Virus record (IMG/VR): IMGVR_UViG_3300033120_000804
Span: 1-64,000 of that record
Origin: a virus
Lineage: Duplodnaviria; Caudoviricetes
Direction: 5' to 3' (one strand)
DNA length: 64,000 nucleotides
Shown here one piece after another: positions 31,926 to 42,211 of the stretch. Position 1 is the stretch's first letter; every line of letters begins with the position of its first letter. Both the position numbers and the translations under genes were made by a program. The notes under the pieces are model-generated. The model was not told the origin of the DNA and did not search any database. It saw only the letters and a program-made list of their open reading frames with translations.

Positions 31926-34900
31926 ATGTATATTTGTTTTGATGAAAATGATGAAGGTTGGCAAAAATTAGTACAATCTTTTGGAGGTGATGAAAAAAAA
32001 GCATTTGCAGCTTGGGAAGCAAATAACTATAACTATTCTGATGATATATATTCTAATATAGCTCAAGATGCAGTATTAGAAGAAGATGTAGCTGAAGAAC
32101 CTAAAGATAAATATTATAAAGAGAAACAAATTGTTCTAGATAAAGCAGAATCTATTCTAAAACATAAATTAAAGTCTTTAAAATATGCTGTAAATAAACA
32201 TGAACATTTAGATACTTTGGTAACTCAAATGAATGGAGTACTTCAGGATCTAGAAAACTATGAAACTGACTTTGCAATCATTAAATTTATCCAGGGTTCA
32301 GAAAGAATGATTAACTCATCTTTAAAATGGCTGGAGAAAATTGAAAATGACCCTTCTAAGCTCAATGCTAATACACTCAAAAGAATATACGAAAGTGTAT
32401 CTCAATTTGAGATTTTAAACACTCTCTCAGAAGACTTTTTTGAAGATCCTGAGCATAAAGAAGAATATAGAAAAGTATCTGATTTATTAAGTAAGATTAA
32501 TAATATTCATAATAGATATATTACTGAGGCTAGGGACTTCTTAGTAGACCATATTACTCCTGGTTTTCAAAAAGTAAAAGCATTTTATGAAGAAAAAGCA
32601 GAAAGAGAGTATAATGAATCCAAGTTAAAAGTAGATAAAGCAAGAGGACTTAATAAAGAAGATCTTAGAAAAGCTAAGCAGGAATATATTTATAGATATT
32701 TAGCAGCTAATAAAACAACTATTGATAAAGAAACTAAAGAGTATGTAGAAAACATGGTTGTTCAAATTGCTGATATTAGCTCTTTAATTAGATTTATTGA
32801 GAACCCAAGAGACATTAATCATGATATTATTGGAGTTGCAACGGAAGCTTTAGATTTATCTAATAGAGATGTCAGACAAAAAACTATTAATAAAACATAT
32901 GAAGGTGATAAATTAAACAAAGCTTTTATTGATTATATAGGTAAACAATCAGATCCTAAAAAACAATATGCAGAGTTATTTGCTACAGATGAAAAAGGAA
33001 ATATATTACCTATATTAGTTAATGAAGATTCATTTAATTGGAAATCATTTACAGAGAAGTATAAAGATACGCCAGTAATGGAATTACATACTTTTTTATA
33101 TAATTTATCTAAAGAAAAAACAAAATTAACCGGAACATATAAATCATTAGGATTCAAATTACCATCTATTAATAAAAGTAATTTAGAAAGATTTTACTCA
33201 AATGGTAGTCTTGATACATTAAAACAAGGATTTTTAGATCATTTTAGAATTACTGCACAAGATACTGATTATGGTCAAGTAGAAATAGATGAAGCTAATG
33301 ATAAAAAATTAGATATTAAAAGTACTATTAAAGTTAAAGCTAATGCTCAGGGGTTAGAAAGATCTGAAATTCCTCTATATTATAGATATAAAATAGATGA
33401 AAAAGATTTAAGTTATGATATTGTAAGTTCATTCTTAATGGATTATAATAATTCCTTGCAATTTAATGCTAGAACAGAGACAGGGTTATTTCTAGAAATG
33501 CTTAAAGATGTGGTAAATGAAGCTTCAGTAGAACAAAGAGTAACATTAACTAAAAAACTAAAAATAGATAGTTTAACTGGTAAAACAGTAACTACTACAG
33601 CAGAAACATCTAACGTAGCTAAAGCACTAGAATCTTTAATTAGACATAGAATTTATGGTATTTCAGTTGAAGGTGATCCTAAAACAGCTAAAATATTAAA
33701 TCAAATAAAAAATGCTACTTCATTTATTACATTAGGAGGTAACGTATTATCAGGAGCTGCCAATTATTTACAAGGAGAATCTGTAATGCTTATTGAAGCT
33801 ATTGGAAACAAAGACTCAAAATTCTCTATTAAAGATAGAGCTAAGGCTAGTTTAAAGTTTGATAAAGATATTGGTAATATAATGAAAGATATAGGAGAAA
33901 TAACTCCTACTAGTAAAACTAATAGATTAATTACTTACTTTGATGCATTATCTGATTTTGAAGTAAATGAAAATAAATTTATTAAAAATAATAAGTTTAA
34001 AAAAGTAATGGATTCTGGAGCAATGATGTTTGCTAATCAATTTGCAGAATATACAGTTCAAACTGTATTAATGTATAGTAGATTAAATAATATCAAAGCT
34101 TTAAATAGCAGTGGTAAATATTTAACTAAAGAATTTACAGAAACAGCTAATAGAGATGAAGCTATATCTATAGATGAAGCTATTGTAGGTTGGTCAGAAG
34201 AAAATAATCCTATATTTCATAAGTCTGTATCTAAAACAGATATTACTTCAGATTTAAGTGAAAAAAGTATGTTTAAAATAGAATCTGATATTAAAAGAAT
34301 TAATAGAGATTTATATGGTAACTATGATTCTTTAAATAAAAGTGAATTAGAAAGAAATGCTTTTGGGGCCCTATTAACTCAAATGAGAAAATGGATTGTA
34401 ACAGGTATTCAAAAAAGATATAGAGGTATTGGTAATGTAAAAACTAAAACTGAAGATCTAGATATTAAACAAAGAAGTTTTAATACTCAAACAGATCAAT
34501 TTGAAGAAGGTACTTATACTACATCAATAAAATTTCTATACAATTTAGTTAAAGAATGGAAAGCTTTAAGAATGAAAACAGTTCCTGAAAATTGGAATAA
34601 ATTAACTAATAATGAAAAAGCTAATATTAAGATGACTATGGTTGAAATAGGTATGGCGATATCTTTATGGGCATTAGCTACTGCTTTAAGATCTGGAGAT
34701 GATGATGATGAAGATAAACTATTATTAGCTTATTTATCTAGAAGATTATATTCTGAATTAATATCATTTGCAAACATTAATGAAGCCCTTAGAACATTTA
34801 GAAGCCCTATGATGGTAACTAATACTATGGAATCTATAGTAGATGTCATTACACAAGCTTCTACAGCTCCTACAGAAGAATATGAAACAGGTTTTAATAA

Positions 34901-35000
34901 AGGAGAAAATAAACTTAAACATAAATTAGTTAAATTGATTCCAGTTTGGAAACAATATGATAGAAACTTGGAACAATCTATGTTATTTTTAGAAAAATAA
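31926..35000 (+). CDS. giant ejection protein (last gene of the RNAP cluster)
   Basis: 1024 aa with LYGNY, G.L..QMRKW, EEGTY.T and a hydrophobic C-terminal segment. Confidence 0.65.
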   Translation: MYICFDENDEGWQKLVQSFGGDEKKAFAAWEANNYNYSDDIYSNIAQDAVLEEDVAEEPKDKYYKEKQIVLDKAESILKHKLKSLKYAVNKHEHLDTLVTQMNGVLQDLENYETDFAIIKFIQGSERMINSSLKWLEKIENDPSKLNANTLKRIYESVSQFEILNTLSEDFFEDPEHKEEYRKVSDLLSKINNIHNRYITEARDFLVDHITPGFQKVKAFYEEKAEREYNESKLKVDKARGLNKEDLRKAKQEYIYRYLAANKTTIDKETKEYVENMVVQIADISSLIRFIENPRDINHDIIGVATEALDLSNRDVRQKTINKTYEGDKLNKAFIDYIGKQSDPKKQYAELFATDEKGNILPILVNEDSFNWKSFTEKYKDTPVMELHTFLYNLSKEKTKLTGTYKSLGFKLPSINKSNLERFYSNGSLDTLKQGFLDHFRITAQDTDYGQVEIDEANDKKLDIKSTIKVKANAQGLERSEIPLYYRYKIDEKDLSYDIVSSFLMDYNNSLQFNARTETGLFLEMLKDVVNEASVEQRVTLTKKLKIDSLTGKTVTTTAETSNVAKALESLIRHRIYGISVEGDPKTAKILNQIKNATSFITLGGNVLSGAANYLQGESVMLIEAIGNKDSKFSIKDRAKASLKFDKDIGNIMKDIGEITPTSKTNRLITYFDALSDFEVNENKFIKNNKFKKVMDSGAMMFANQFAEYTVQTVLMYSRLNNIKALNSSGKYLTKEFTETANRDEAISIDEAIVGWSEENNPIFHKSVSKTDITSDLSEKSMFKIESDIKRINRDLYGNYDSLNKSELERNAFGALLTQMRKWIVTGIQKRYRGIGNVKTKTEDLDIKQRSFNTQTDQFEEGTYTTSIKFLYNLVKEWKALRMKTVPENWNKLTNNEKANIKMTMVEIGMAISLWALATALRSGDDDDEDKLLLAYLSRRLYSELISFANINEALRTFRSPMMVTNTMESIVDVITQASTAPTEEYETGFNKGENKLKHKLVKLIPVWKQYDRNLEQSMLFLEK

Positions 35001-35030
35001 TAGAAAGTAAAAAATTTTAGAAAGTAAAAT

Positions 35031-35057
35031 AAAAAGGGAGTTGCTACACTCCCTTTC
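35031..35057. terminator. bidirectional intrinsic terminator at the strand switch
   Basis: AAAGGGAGT-TGCTAC-ACTCCCTTT hairpin with A/T tails, between convergent genes. Confidence 0.85.
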
Positions 35058-35063
35058 TTCATT

Positions 35064-35486
35064 CTAAATTTCTGGTATTGTTTCTTTAGATTTATAAAAT
35101 TGATATAAAGTCTTCATATCTTCATAACTACCTTTATACCCTTTCTTATTTTCAAGTCTAGAAATAGTAGAAGCTGAGATATTAGTTAAATCTTCTACAT
35201 CTTTTTGACTTAATTCCAACTTCTCTCTAGTTTCTCTAAAATACAATAGTAATAAATCATATTCTGGCATTATTACAATTTCATTAGTATTAACTACAAT
35301 AGGTTTTTCTTCTTTCAACATATGAGCTAATTCTAGTTCATAATATTGAGAATCTTTACTTGTAGATAATCTTTCTAAAGATAAAATTTCATTTTTATAA
35401 TTTAAGATTCTAATTCTATAATAGAAATAAAATATTACTGCTACTATAATAGCAGTACTTAAAATGGATGTTATAACTTCTATCAT
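35064..35486 (-). CDS. membrane-anchored XRE-family HTH protein
   Basis: N-terminal transmembrane helix; REKLELSQKDV...ISASTISRLEN. Confidence 0.65.
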   Translation of the reverse strand: MIEVITSILSTAIIVAVIFYFYYRIRILNYKNEILSLERLSTSKDSQYYELELAHMLKEEKPIVVNTNEIVIMPEYDLLLLYFRETREKLELSQKDVEDLTNISASTISRLENKKGYKGSYEDMKTLYQFYKSKETIPEI

Positions 35487-35498
35487 AGTTTTTTTAAT

Positions 35499-35702
35499 TT
35501 AGCTTATTTTAATTGATTTTATTTGTTTGCATTTAGGACATTCATAGATTTTTTTAATACAATAAGGATAATTAGAAAACTCATTTTCATATTTATTTAT
35601 ATATCTTTCAAATACCCATTCATGTTCACAAGTCTCTTTATTAGATATTAATCCAATAACACATAATAATACTACTATTATTAAACATAAAATTATAATC
35701 AT
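35499..35702 (-). CDS. small membrane-anchored Zn-ribbon protein
   Basis: Transmembrane segment, then CEHEW...CPKC. Confidence 0.55.
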   Translation of the reverse strand: MIIILCLIIVVLLCVIGLISNKETCEHEWVFERYINKYENEFSNYPYCIKKIYECPKCKQIKSIKIS

Positions 35703-35717
35703 AAATATTTTTTTAAA

Positions 35718-38700
35718 TTAAGCACCACACATCTCACAATCATCCGGATTATCTAAACTACAACTTATTTGTTCTTGTATTTCTTCTTTCTCAGCAGTAA
35801 ATTTAATAGCATCAGCAGCAGCTTTTGTTCTTAAATAATACATACCTGTTTTTAAACCTAATTTCCAACCATAAAAATGCATGGAAGTAAGTTTACCAAA
35901 ATTAGCATTCTCCATAAATACATTCATAGATTGAGATTGACAAATAAATTTACCTCTATCTGCTGCCATCTCTAATATTTTCTTTTGAGAGATTTCCCAA
36001 ACAGTTTTAAATACTTCTTTTACTTCTGTTGGAATCTCTGGAATATTTTGTACAGAGCCATTTTCATTTTTAAGCTTATTAATAATAGTATCATTCCATA
36101 AATCTAAACTTATTAATTTATCTACTAAATGTTTGTTAACCATTATAAATTCACCTGATAAAACTCTTCTAGTATATAAATTAGAAGTATATGGCTCAAA
36201 ACATTCATTATTACCTAAAATAGAAGCTGTTGATGCAGTTGGCATTGGAGCTAATAATAATGAATTTCTAATTCCATATTTAACAATCTGAACTTTTAAT
36301 TTTTTCCAATTCCAATTGCTAGATTTCTCTACTTCTTCTGTTTTATTCCACATATCATACTGTAAAATACCTTTAGAAGCAGGAGATCCTTCAAATGAAT
36401 CATAAGGCCCCTTTTCAATTGCAAGATCCTTAGAAGCTGTTAAACTAGCAAAATAAATAGTTTCAAATATTTTATCATTTAGTTCTTTAGCTTCCTCTGA
36501 ATCAAAAGCAATATTCATCATTGCAAATGTATCTGCTAATCCCTGAATCCCAATACCAATTGGTCTATGCTTAAGATTGCTTAATTTAGTTTCAGGAGTA
36601 GGGTAATGATTACTATCAATAACTCTATTTAAGTTAATAGTTAATTCATAAGATAAGTCATATAATAAATCATGATCAAAGAAATAACCTAAAAATTCTG
36701 ATTTACTATTTGCTGCTAATTTGCCTCCATATCCTTTTACTAGACATTTATTAACTGCAATAGAAGCTAGATTACAAACTGCTTGTTCTGTTGGAGAAGT
36801 ATATTCTAAAATCTCAGTACAATTTCCGGTTAAAATGCCATTAAAAACAGCTTTGTGTTTTAAAGGTTCATTTACACAATAGGTGTCAGAAATAATAGTA
36901 TTTCTTTCTATATCTATAACTTTTATATAATTTTCAGATTGTCTATTGCTAGATAAAGTTCTTGATAAATTAAGCCTTTTACAATCTAAACCTAAATCAA
37001 GTAATTTTGAAGTTTCAATTCCTCCTAAATATAATCTATATGCAGATTTACACCATCTTTCACAAGATTCTCCATTTCTATTTTTAAAAGTTCTAAATGT
37101 CTCATCAGATTTAAGAGTTAATTTGCAATTAACCCCCATAGTATCTAACATTTTTTTAACATTTTCTAGAAATTCTTTATTAACAGCAGTTATTTCTATA
37201 TCTTTACCATTAGAATGACCATCTCCGTCACAATAACCAGCAAACCAGTCAAGTTTAACATTTAATGAATAATCAAGAGGTACTTTATATTTATTTTCCA
37301 TTTCTGGGTATAAAGTAAGATTTAAAGACCCTTCTGTTGTTAATTTTCCAGAAGTAGTTTTAAGGTTAATATACCCCTTTTTATACAAGTCAATTTTTGA
37401 TCCATATAGAGTTATTCTCTTATGTTTTCCAAAATCATGGCCATCTGCACAATATAAACCATGTGTATAAGGATATAAAAAATCATTATTAGAATTATCA
37501 ATAGCTGGCATTGAAAATCTACTAATTCTATCTCCTACTATTAAATCTTCAGCATTAACAATTTCTTCATATAATTTTCCTTTGTTATTTTTACCTGGAC
37601 GTTTAACATAAAACTTATGATAAGGAGTACAATCTAAAATGCTACCATTTGAAAAACTAAAAGTATGTAAATTTACATTTTCCCCTGTTTTTCTTACAAT
37701 AGTATCTGAAAATTGGGTACCATTCCATACTTTAACATTTTGATTTTCTAAAGATGAAATAATTTTATAACCTTCATCTGTTAATATTTCAGTATGAGCA
37801 GCCACACATAAATTTGAAGATTTTATTGTCCCTAGATTTTTCTGATTAGATTTTTTATTCGCTGCGTCCTTGTAGACAACAAACGGCGTACCTGTTTCAA
37901 TTTGGGAATCTAAAATCTTAGTCCAAAGTTCTTGAGCTTTAATAGTCTTCCTACCTTTGTTCTCAGCTTCATATCTCTCATATAAGAGCTTAAATTCATC
38001 TCCATATACATCAGATAGTCCTGGACATTCATTAGGACACATAAGAGTCCAGTTTTCATCAGCTTCTACCCTCTGCATAAATAAATCTGGTATCCATAAT
38101 GCTGGAAATAATTCTCTAGCTCTTAATTCCTCCTTGCCAGTATTCTTTCTGATATCTAAAAAATCAAATACATCAGCGTGCCAAGGTTCTAAATACATTG
38201 CAAAAGAACCCTTGCGCTTATTTCCTCCTTGGTCCCACCATCTAGCTAGTTCATTGTATGTTTTTAATAAAGGAATTAGTCCTTTAGAAGTACCACCAGA
38301 ACCTTTAATGTATGATCCAGTAGCTCTAATGTTATGAATAGCTAAACCAATGCCACCTGAGGCAGCTGAGATAGTAGCTACATCTTTTGCAGTATCCATA
38401 ATACCTTCTAAACTATCTTCTTTATTTGTCAATAAGAAACAAGAAGACATTTGAGGTTTCGGTGTACCTGAATTAAACAAAGTAGGAGTTGCATGTGTGT
38501 AATAACCATTAGCTAAACTAAGATAAGTTTTTTCTATATTAACTATATCTAACCCATGAATGCCAATAGCAACTCTCATATACATATATTGAGGAGTCTC
38601 TACAATATTTCCATTAGATCTAATTAAATAAGACTTATATAATGTTTTTAAACCAAAATAGTTTCTTTCATAATCTAATTGAGGAGTTATAAGTCTCTCA

Positions 38701-39095
38701 ATAAAATCTTTATTTATATTAAAATCAGCAATTAATTTATCAGAAACTAATGGAGCATCTTCCCCTGTTTTAGCATCTTTATTATTATAAAGAATATCAA
38801 CACATTCTCCAAAAGTTTTAGGAGTATTTTTATGAAGATTAGCAACAAGTATTCTAGAAGCTAAATATGAGTATTCATAATGCTTAGTAGATAGCATTGC
38901 AGCATTCTCTGCTAATAATTCATTAATTTGTACAGTAGTTACTCCATCATATAACCCAGAGATAGTTTTCTGGGTTACAATACTAGGATCTACAAAAGTT
39001 AATTTAGGTTCTAAATTAGCTAAATGTTTTACATGTTCAGTTAACTTATGCCAATTAGCATCAACTAAATGTCCACTTCTTTTTTTAATTTTCAT
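35718..39095 (-). CDS. nrdA: ribonucleotide reductase class Ia large subunit, intein-containing
   Basis: ATP cone, ATPTLFNSGT, SSCFL, SSNL|C..|CTEI, APMPTAST, KTGMYYLR and C-terminal CEMC. Confidence 0.95.
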   Translation of the reverse strand: MKIKKRSGHLVDANWHKLTEHVKHLANLEPKLTFVDPSIVTQKTISGLYDGVTTVQINELLAENAAMLSTKHYEYSYLASRILVANLHKNTPKTFGECVDILYNNKDAKTGEDAPLVSDKLIADFNINKDFIERLITPQLDYERNYFGLKTLYKSYLIRSNGNIVETPQYMYMRVAIGIHGLDIVNIEKTYLSLANGYYTHATPTLFNSGTPKPQMSSCFLLTNKEDSLEGIMDTAKDVATISAASGGIGLAIHNIRATGSYIKGSGGTSKGLIPLLKTYNELARWWDQGGNKRKGSFAMYLEPWHADVFDFLDIRKNTGKEELRARELFPALWIPDLFMQRVEADENWTLMCPNECPGLSDVYGDEFKLLYERYEAENKGRKTIKAQELWTKILDSQIETGTPFVVYKDAANKKSNQKNLGTIKSSNLCVAAHTEILTDEGYKIISSLENQNVKVWNGTQFSDTIVRKTGENVNLHTFSFSNGSILDCTPYHKFYVKRPGKNNKGKLYEEIVNAEDLIVGDRISRFSMPAIDNSNNDFLYPYTHGLYCADGHDFGKHKRITLYGSKIDLYKKGYINLKTTSGKLTTEGSLNLTLYPEMENKYKVPLDYSLNVKLDWFAGYCDGDGHSNGKDIEITAVNKEFLENVKKMLDTMGVNCKLTLKSDETFRTFKNRNGESCERWCKSAYRLYLGGIETSKLLDLGLDCKRLNLSRTLSSNRQSENYIKVIDIERNTIISDTYCVNEPLKHKAVFNGILTGNCTEILEYTSPTEQAVCNLASIAVNKCLVKGYGGKLAANSKSEFLGYFFDHDLLYDLSYELTINLNRVIDSNHYPTPETKLSNLKHRPIGIGIQGLADTFAMMNIAFDSEEAKELNDKIFETIYFASLTASKDLAIEKGPYDSFEGSPASKGILQYDMWNKTEEVEKSSNWNWKKLKVQIVKYGIRNSLLLAPMPTASTASILGNNECFEPYTSNLYTRRVLSGEFIMVNKHLVDKLISLDLWNDTIINKLKNENGSVQNIPEIPTEVKEVFKTVWEISQKKILEMAADRGKFICQSQSMNVFMENANFGKLTSMHFYGWKLGLKTGMYYLRTKAAADAIKFTAEKEEIQEQISCSLDNPDDCEMCGA
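36822..37808 (-). mobile_element. intein (329 aa) with LAGLIDADG endonuclease in NrdA
   Basis: Starts CVAAHTEILT; block B TPYHKF; HGLYCADG and FAGYCDGDG motifs; ends AVFNGILTGN before the catalytic Cys. Removal restores SSNLCTEI. Confidence 0.92.
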
Positions 39096-39886
39096 TAATT
39101 TATTATATTATTGTTCATAAAAATCTCTTCTTCTGTATAGAATACACTATATAATTCTGCATCTGGATGTAACTCAGACCCTATTTTTTGTTCCAATTTT
39201 AATTTTTTTTCTGGATGTTTAGTCAATATCTTACCTAGATCACTATCTATAGTAAAATTATTAAATGTAAGTATTCTTTCTTTTGCATCCTGTGAGATTC
39301 TAGAATATTTACCATCTATTATTTTTTGTACATCTTCTTTTCTATTATCTGGAACTTTAAAAGAATATATAGTTTGAAATTTATCAACTTCTATTGTATC
39401 CTCATATAGAGGATGTGTTTTTAAGTCATCTTCAAATTTAGTAAAATCAGCAGTCCCTGAAAATCTATATAATAAATATATATTATTTCCGTAATCTCCT
39501 TCAGCTTCTAAACCTATAAAACAATTTATAAATTCTTTACTAAATCTATAATCTTCTTTTATACCTCCTAAAAAAGGCATAATAAAAGTACTTGATTTAG
39601 TTACACTTGTATGTGTGTAAAGATAGTAACCTTCTCCTAAAAATCCTTTTGTATTTTCTCTAGTTATTTTCTTTATTTTATATTTATCTTTCTTTAAGAT
39701 GAGTAAATTATCCAAAGTTAAATTAAAGCAATCATGATAATTTAAACCAGTAATTACTTGATCAGGATTCTTTATTTCATAATCACTGTGTACAGGATTT
39801 AAAACAATAATCCTTTCATTATACTTGTAAAAATTAAGTGTTGCTTTATTATTAGACAATGTTATTGAATAATTTTTTTTAATCAT
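39095..39886 (-). CDS. conserved crAss-like hypothetical protein
   Basis: GKYS.IS..AK..I and ELYS motifs; operon position. Confidence 0.5.
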   Translation of the reverse strand: MIKKNYSITLSNNKATLNFYKYNERIIVLNPVHSDYEIKNPDQVITGLNYHDCFNLTLDNLLILKKDKYKIKKITRENTKGFLGEGYYLYTHTSVTKSSTFIMPFLGGIKEDYRFSKEFINCFIGLEAEGDYGNNIYLLYRFSGTADFTKFEDDLKTHPLYEDTIEVDKFQTIYSFKVPDNRKEDVQKIIDGKYSRISQDAKERILTFNNFTIDSDLGKILTKHPEKKLKLEQKIGSELHPDAELYSVFYTEEEIFMNNNIIN

Positions 39887-40608
39887 TAAGTGAGTATTTC
39901 TACAGGATCTCCTATAATTGGTATAGGAAGTCCTTCATTTATAAAATCAGTATCAGTTCTAAGAAGATAGACTTGTCTAAAGTTTTTTTGAAATTCATAA
40001 ACTCCTATTGATACATTCTTATAATATTTTAAATACTCATTCAAAACTACAGAAGGTAATTCATTTAAGTTACCACCTTCTATAATAGCTTTAGACTTTA
40101 TTTCTCCAACACCAGGAATACCTTTAATGTTATCAACATTATCACCACTTAACGCCTGCTGCATAAGAAATTTATAAGCCTCTTCTTTTGTTGTTATTCC
40201 CTTGGCAAACTTCTTATAGTTAAAGTATTGTCCAGGAACTTGATTTATTACATCTTTATCTGGAGAACAAATTACAGTTTCATCTGTTAAATTATTAGCT
40301 AAATAACTAATTACATCATCAGATTCTACATTTTCTATAAATGTTGCTCCATAATGCTCAATCATATAGTATTTTAAAGTCTTAATAAACTTTAAAGATT
40401 GAGCAGGTCTTGTACCTTTATATTCTTTATTAATAGAATGCCTAAAGTAAGTACCTATTGAAAGATAAAGATAGTAATGTGTAAGTTTATTATATTTAAT
40501 TATATTAGATAGTAGAGAGTCCACTTTCTTTATAGAATCTTGTATAGACCCTCCACTACCAATATAACAAATAGAATCTCCATCAATTAATCCTATTTTT
40601 CTTTTCAT
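39886..40608 (-). CDS. 5'-3' exonuclease/RNase H (T7 gp6-like)
   Basis: IDGDS, YKGTR, ESDD, SPDKD and GDNVDNIKGIPGVG. Confidence 0.88.
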   Translation of the reverse strand: MKRKIGLIDGDSICYIGSGGSIQDSIKKVDSLLSNIIKYNKLTHYYLYLSIGTYFRHSINKEYKGTRPAQSLKFIKTLKYYMIEHYGATFIENVESDDVISYLANNLTDETVICSPDKDVINQVPGQYFNYKKFAKGITTKEEAYKFLMQQALSGDNVDNIKGIPGVGEIKSKAIIEGGNLNELPSVVLNEYLKYYKNVSIGVYEFQKNFRQVYLLRTDTDFINEGLPIPIIGDPVEILT

Positions 40609-41204
40609 TAAACTTTTTCTTTTTCTAGTATTTCAATATTAAATACTAATTTGCGATCTTTTGGATCTGTAACCCAATGATATTTTTTACGTCCACTTTC
40701 TAATACATACTCAGGACTATCATTAGGGATAATTTTTTCTTCTATTAAAGCATCTTCAAAAAACTTCTCTAAAAGCCACATATTTGATATATCTGGCATC
40801 TTACCTCTATGTACTTCATATATGTCAACAGAGATGCTTAAATAACGGTTTTCATCTACTTTAATTGGTTTTAATTGCTCATTAATATACTTTGCAAAAT
40901 AATTATGATAATACTGGGCTATTTTACCTCTCATTATGTAATTAAGTTCTGCATTGTATAGTGCTTGACCATTAAGAATCCAAATATTTTCTTTTCCTAC
41001 TTTTATAGAATTTTTTAAAAATCTATTACCTAGATCATCTTTACAATATAATTTTCCACCTACCAATGTAGGCTCCTTTGAACAAATTGCAAGATATTTC
41101 TTAGGTAACTTTTCCTTATCTTTAAATAACCAATATTTAGGACTAGTTTTTTTTGCTTTAACAAAATAATATTCCCATTCAGGAATAATTACATGATATA
41201 CCAT
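40608..41204 (-). CDS. RusA-like Holliday junction resolvase
   Basis: PDISN...KFFEDAL....IIPND motif. Confidence 0.65.
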   Translation of the reverse strand: MVYHVIIPEWEYYFVKAKKTSPKYWLFKDKEKLPKKYLAICSKEPTLVGGKLYCKDDLGNRFLKNSIKVGKENIWILNGQALYNAELNYIMRGKIAQYYHNYFAKYINEQLKPIKVDENRYLSISVDIYEVHRGKMPDISNMWLLEKFFEDALIEEKIIPNDSPEYVLESGRKKYHWVTDPKDRKLVFNIEILEKEKV

Positions 41205-42195
41205 GTGTTTTTAAATAATTTGACAAATCTAATAAAGAATATTTTTTAACATAATCAGAACAATCTTTTACTTTGTATTCTTCTGGTACAAAGATATAAG
41301 AAATATCATATAAATTTGATAGTTCTAATGCATTTCTTTTTCCAGTAGAATCATTATCATAAAGAATTACTATTTTTTTAAATCTTTGTTTCAAACTATT
41401 TATAAATTCTTCATAAATCTTTGACCCCTCAGACTGAGGAGCTATTGAATAAATATTTAATTTAGATAAAACTAATATATCTTTCCATGATTTAGTTATA
41501 ATTAATAAATCACCTTTATCAGGTAATAAATCATAACCTTGAAACACAGAGGTAGATACATTACTTAACCATTTTATTTTACTATAAGGTTGGTAAATTT
41601 TCCATAACTCATTATTATTAGAGTCTAGTCCAAAATAATAACCATAACATAAATTACTAGCTTTATAATATATACCATTAATCCAAAATTCTTGTAAAGG
41701 AAAGATTTTTGCTTTTGTCAGATCTTCTGATGATATACTATAGTTATCTAGCCAGTATCTTTTATCATTTATATTTAAACTTCTTTTTCTTACTTGTATT
41801 ATAGTAAATTCTTTCTCTTTAAATTCTAAATAATCTTTATTGTGTATAATAGGTTTTTTAGTAGTAGTAGTATTAATATTGTAGATACTATTATACATAT
41901 TTATAAGACCTAAATTAAAATCACTATTAATTATTGCTAAAGCATCATTAAAACTAACATTATATTTAGCTTTTACATAGCTGAAACAATTTAATTGATC
42001 TGGAAATCTAAAATCCCTATAAAATAGATCACTATTCTTAAATAGAATTGCACATGTTGGATTTTTATCATTTCTTAATTCACTACAGAATAATTTACCA
42101 ACCTCATTAAAACCTGCTATATAATATTTAAAAATATCATACGATGTTATCTTGTCTAATACAGCATTAGCTGTTAAAGCTAACATCACTTTCAT
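41179..42195 (-). CDS. dnaG: DNA primase (crAss-type TOPRIM)
   Basis: S.LRNDKNPT, ITKSWKD, APQSE, YDNDSTG and KDCSD. Confidence 0.85.
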   Translation of the reverse strand: MKVMLALTANAVLDKITSYDIFKYYIAGFNEVGKLFCSELRNDKNPTCAILFKNSDLFYRDFRFPDQLNCFSYVKAKYNVSFNDALAIINSDFNLGLINMYNSIYNINTTTTKKPIIHNKDYLEFKEKEFTIIQVRKRSLNINDKRYWLDNYSISSEDLTKAKIFPLQEFWINGIYYKASNLCYGYYFGLDSNNNELWKIYQPYSKIKWLSNVSTSVFQGYDLLPDKGDLLIITKSWKDILVLSKLNIYSIAPQSEGSKIYEEFINSLKQRFKKIVILYDNDSTGKRNALELSNLYDISYIFVPEEYKVKDCSDYVKKYSLLDLSNYLKTHGISCNYS

Positions 42196-42211
42196 AGTTT
42201 TACTTTATTTA

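Noticed and set aside
2984-35062. Minus-strand ORFs within virion genes (2984, 12049, 17006, 17921, 18869, 20209, 23479, 29064, 29412, 30594, 32933, 34730)
   Set aside because: Antisense shadows of long genes, with no recognisable motifs.
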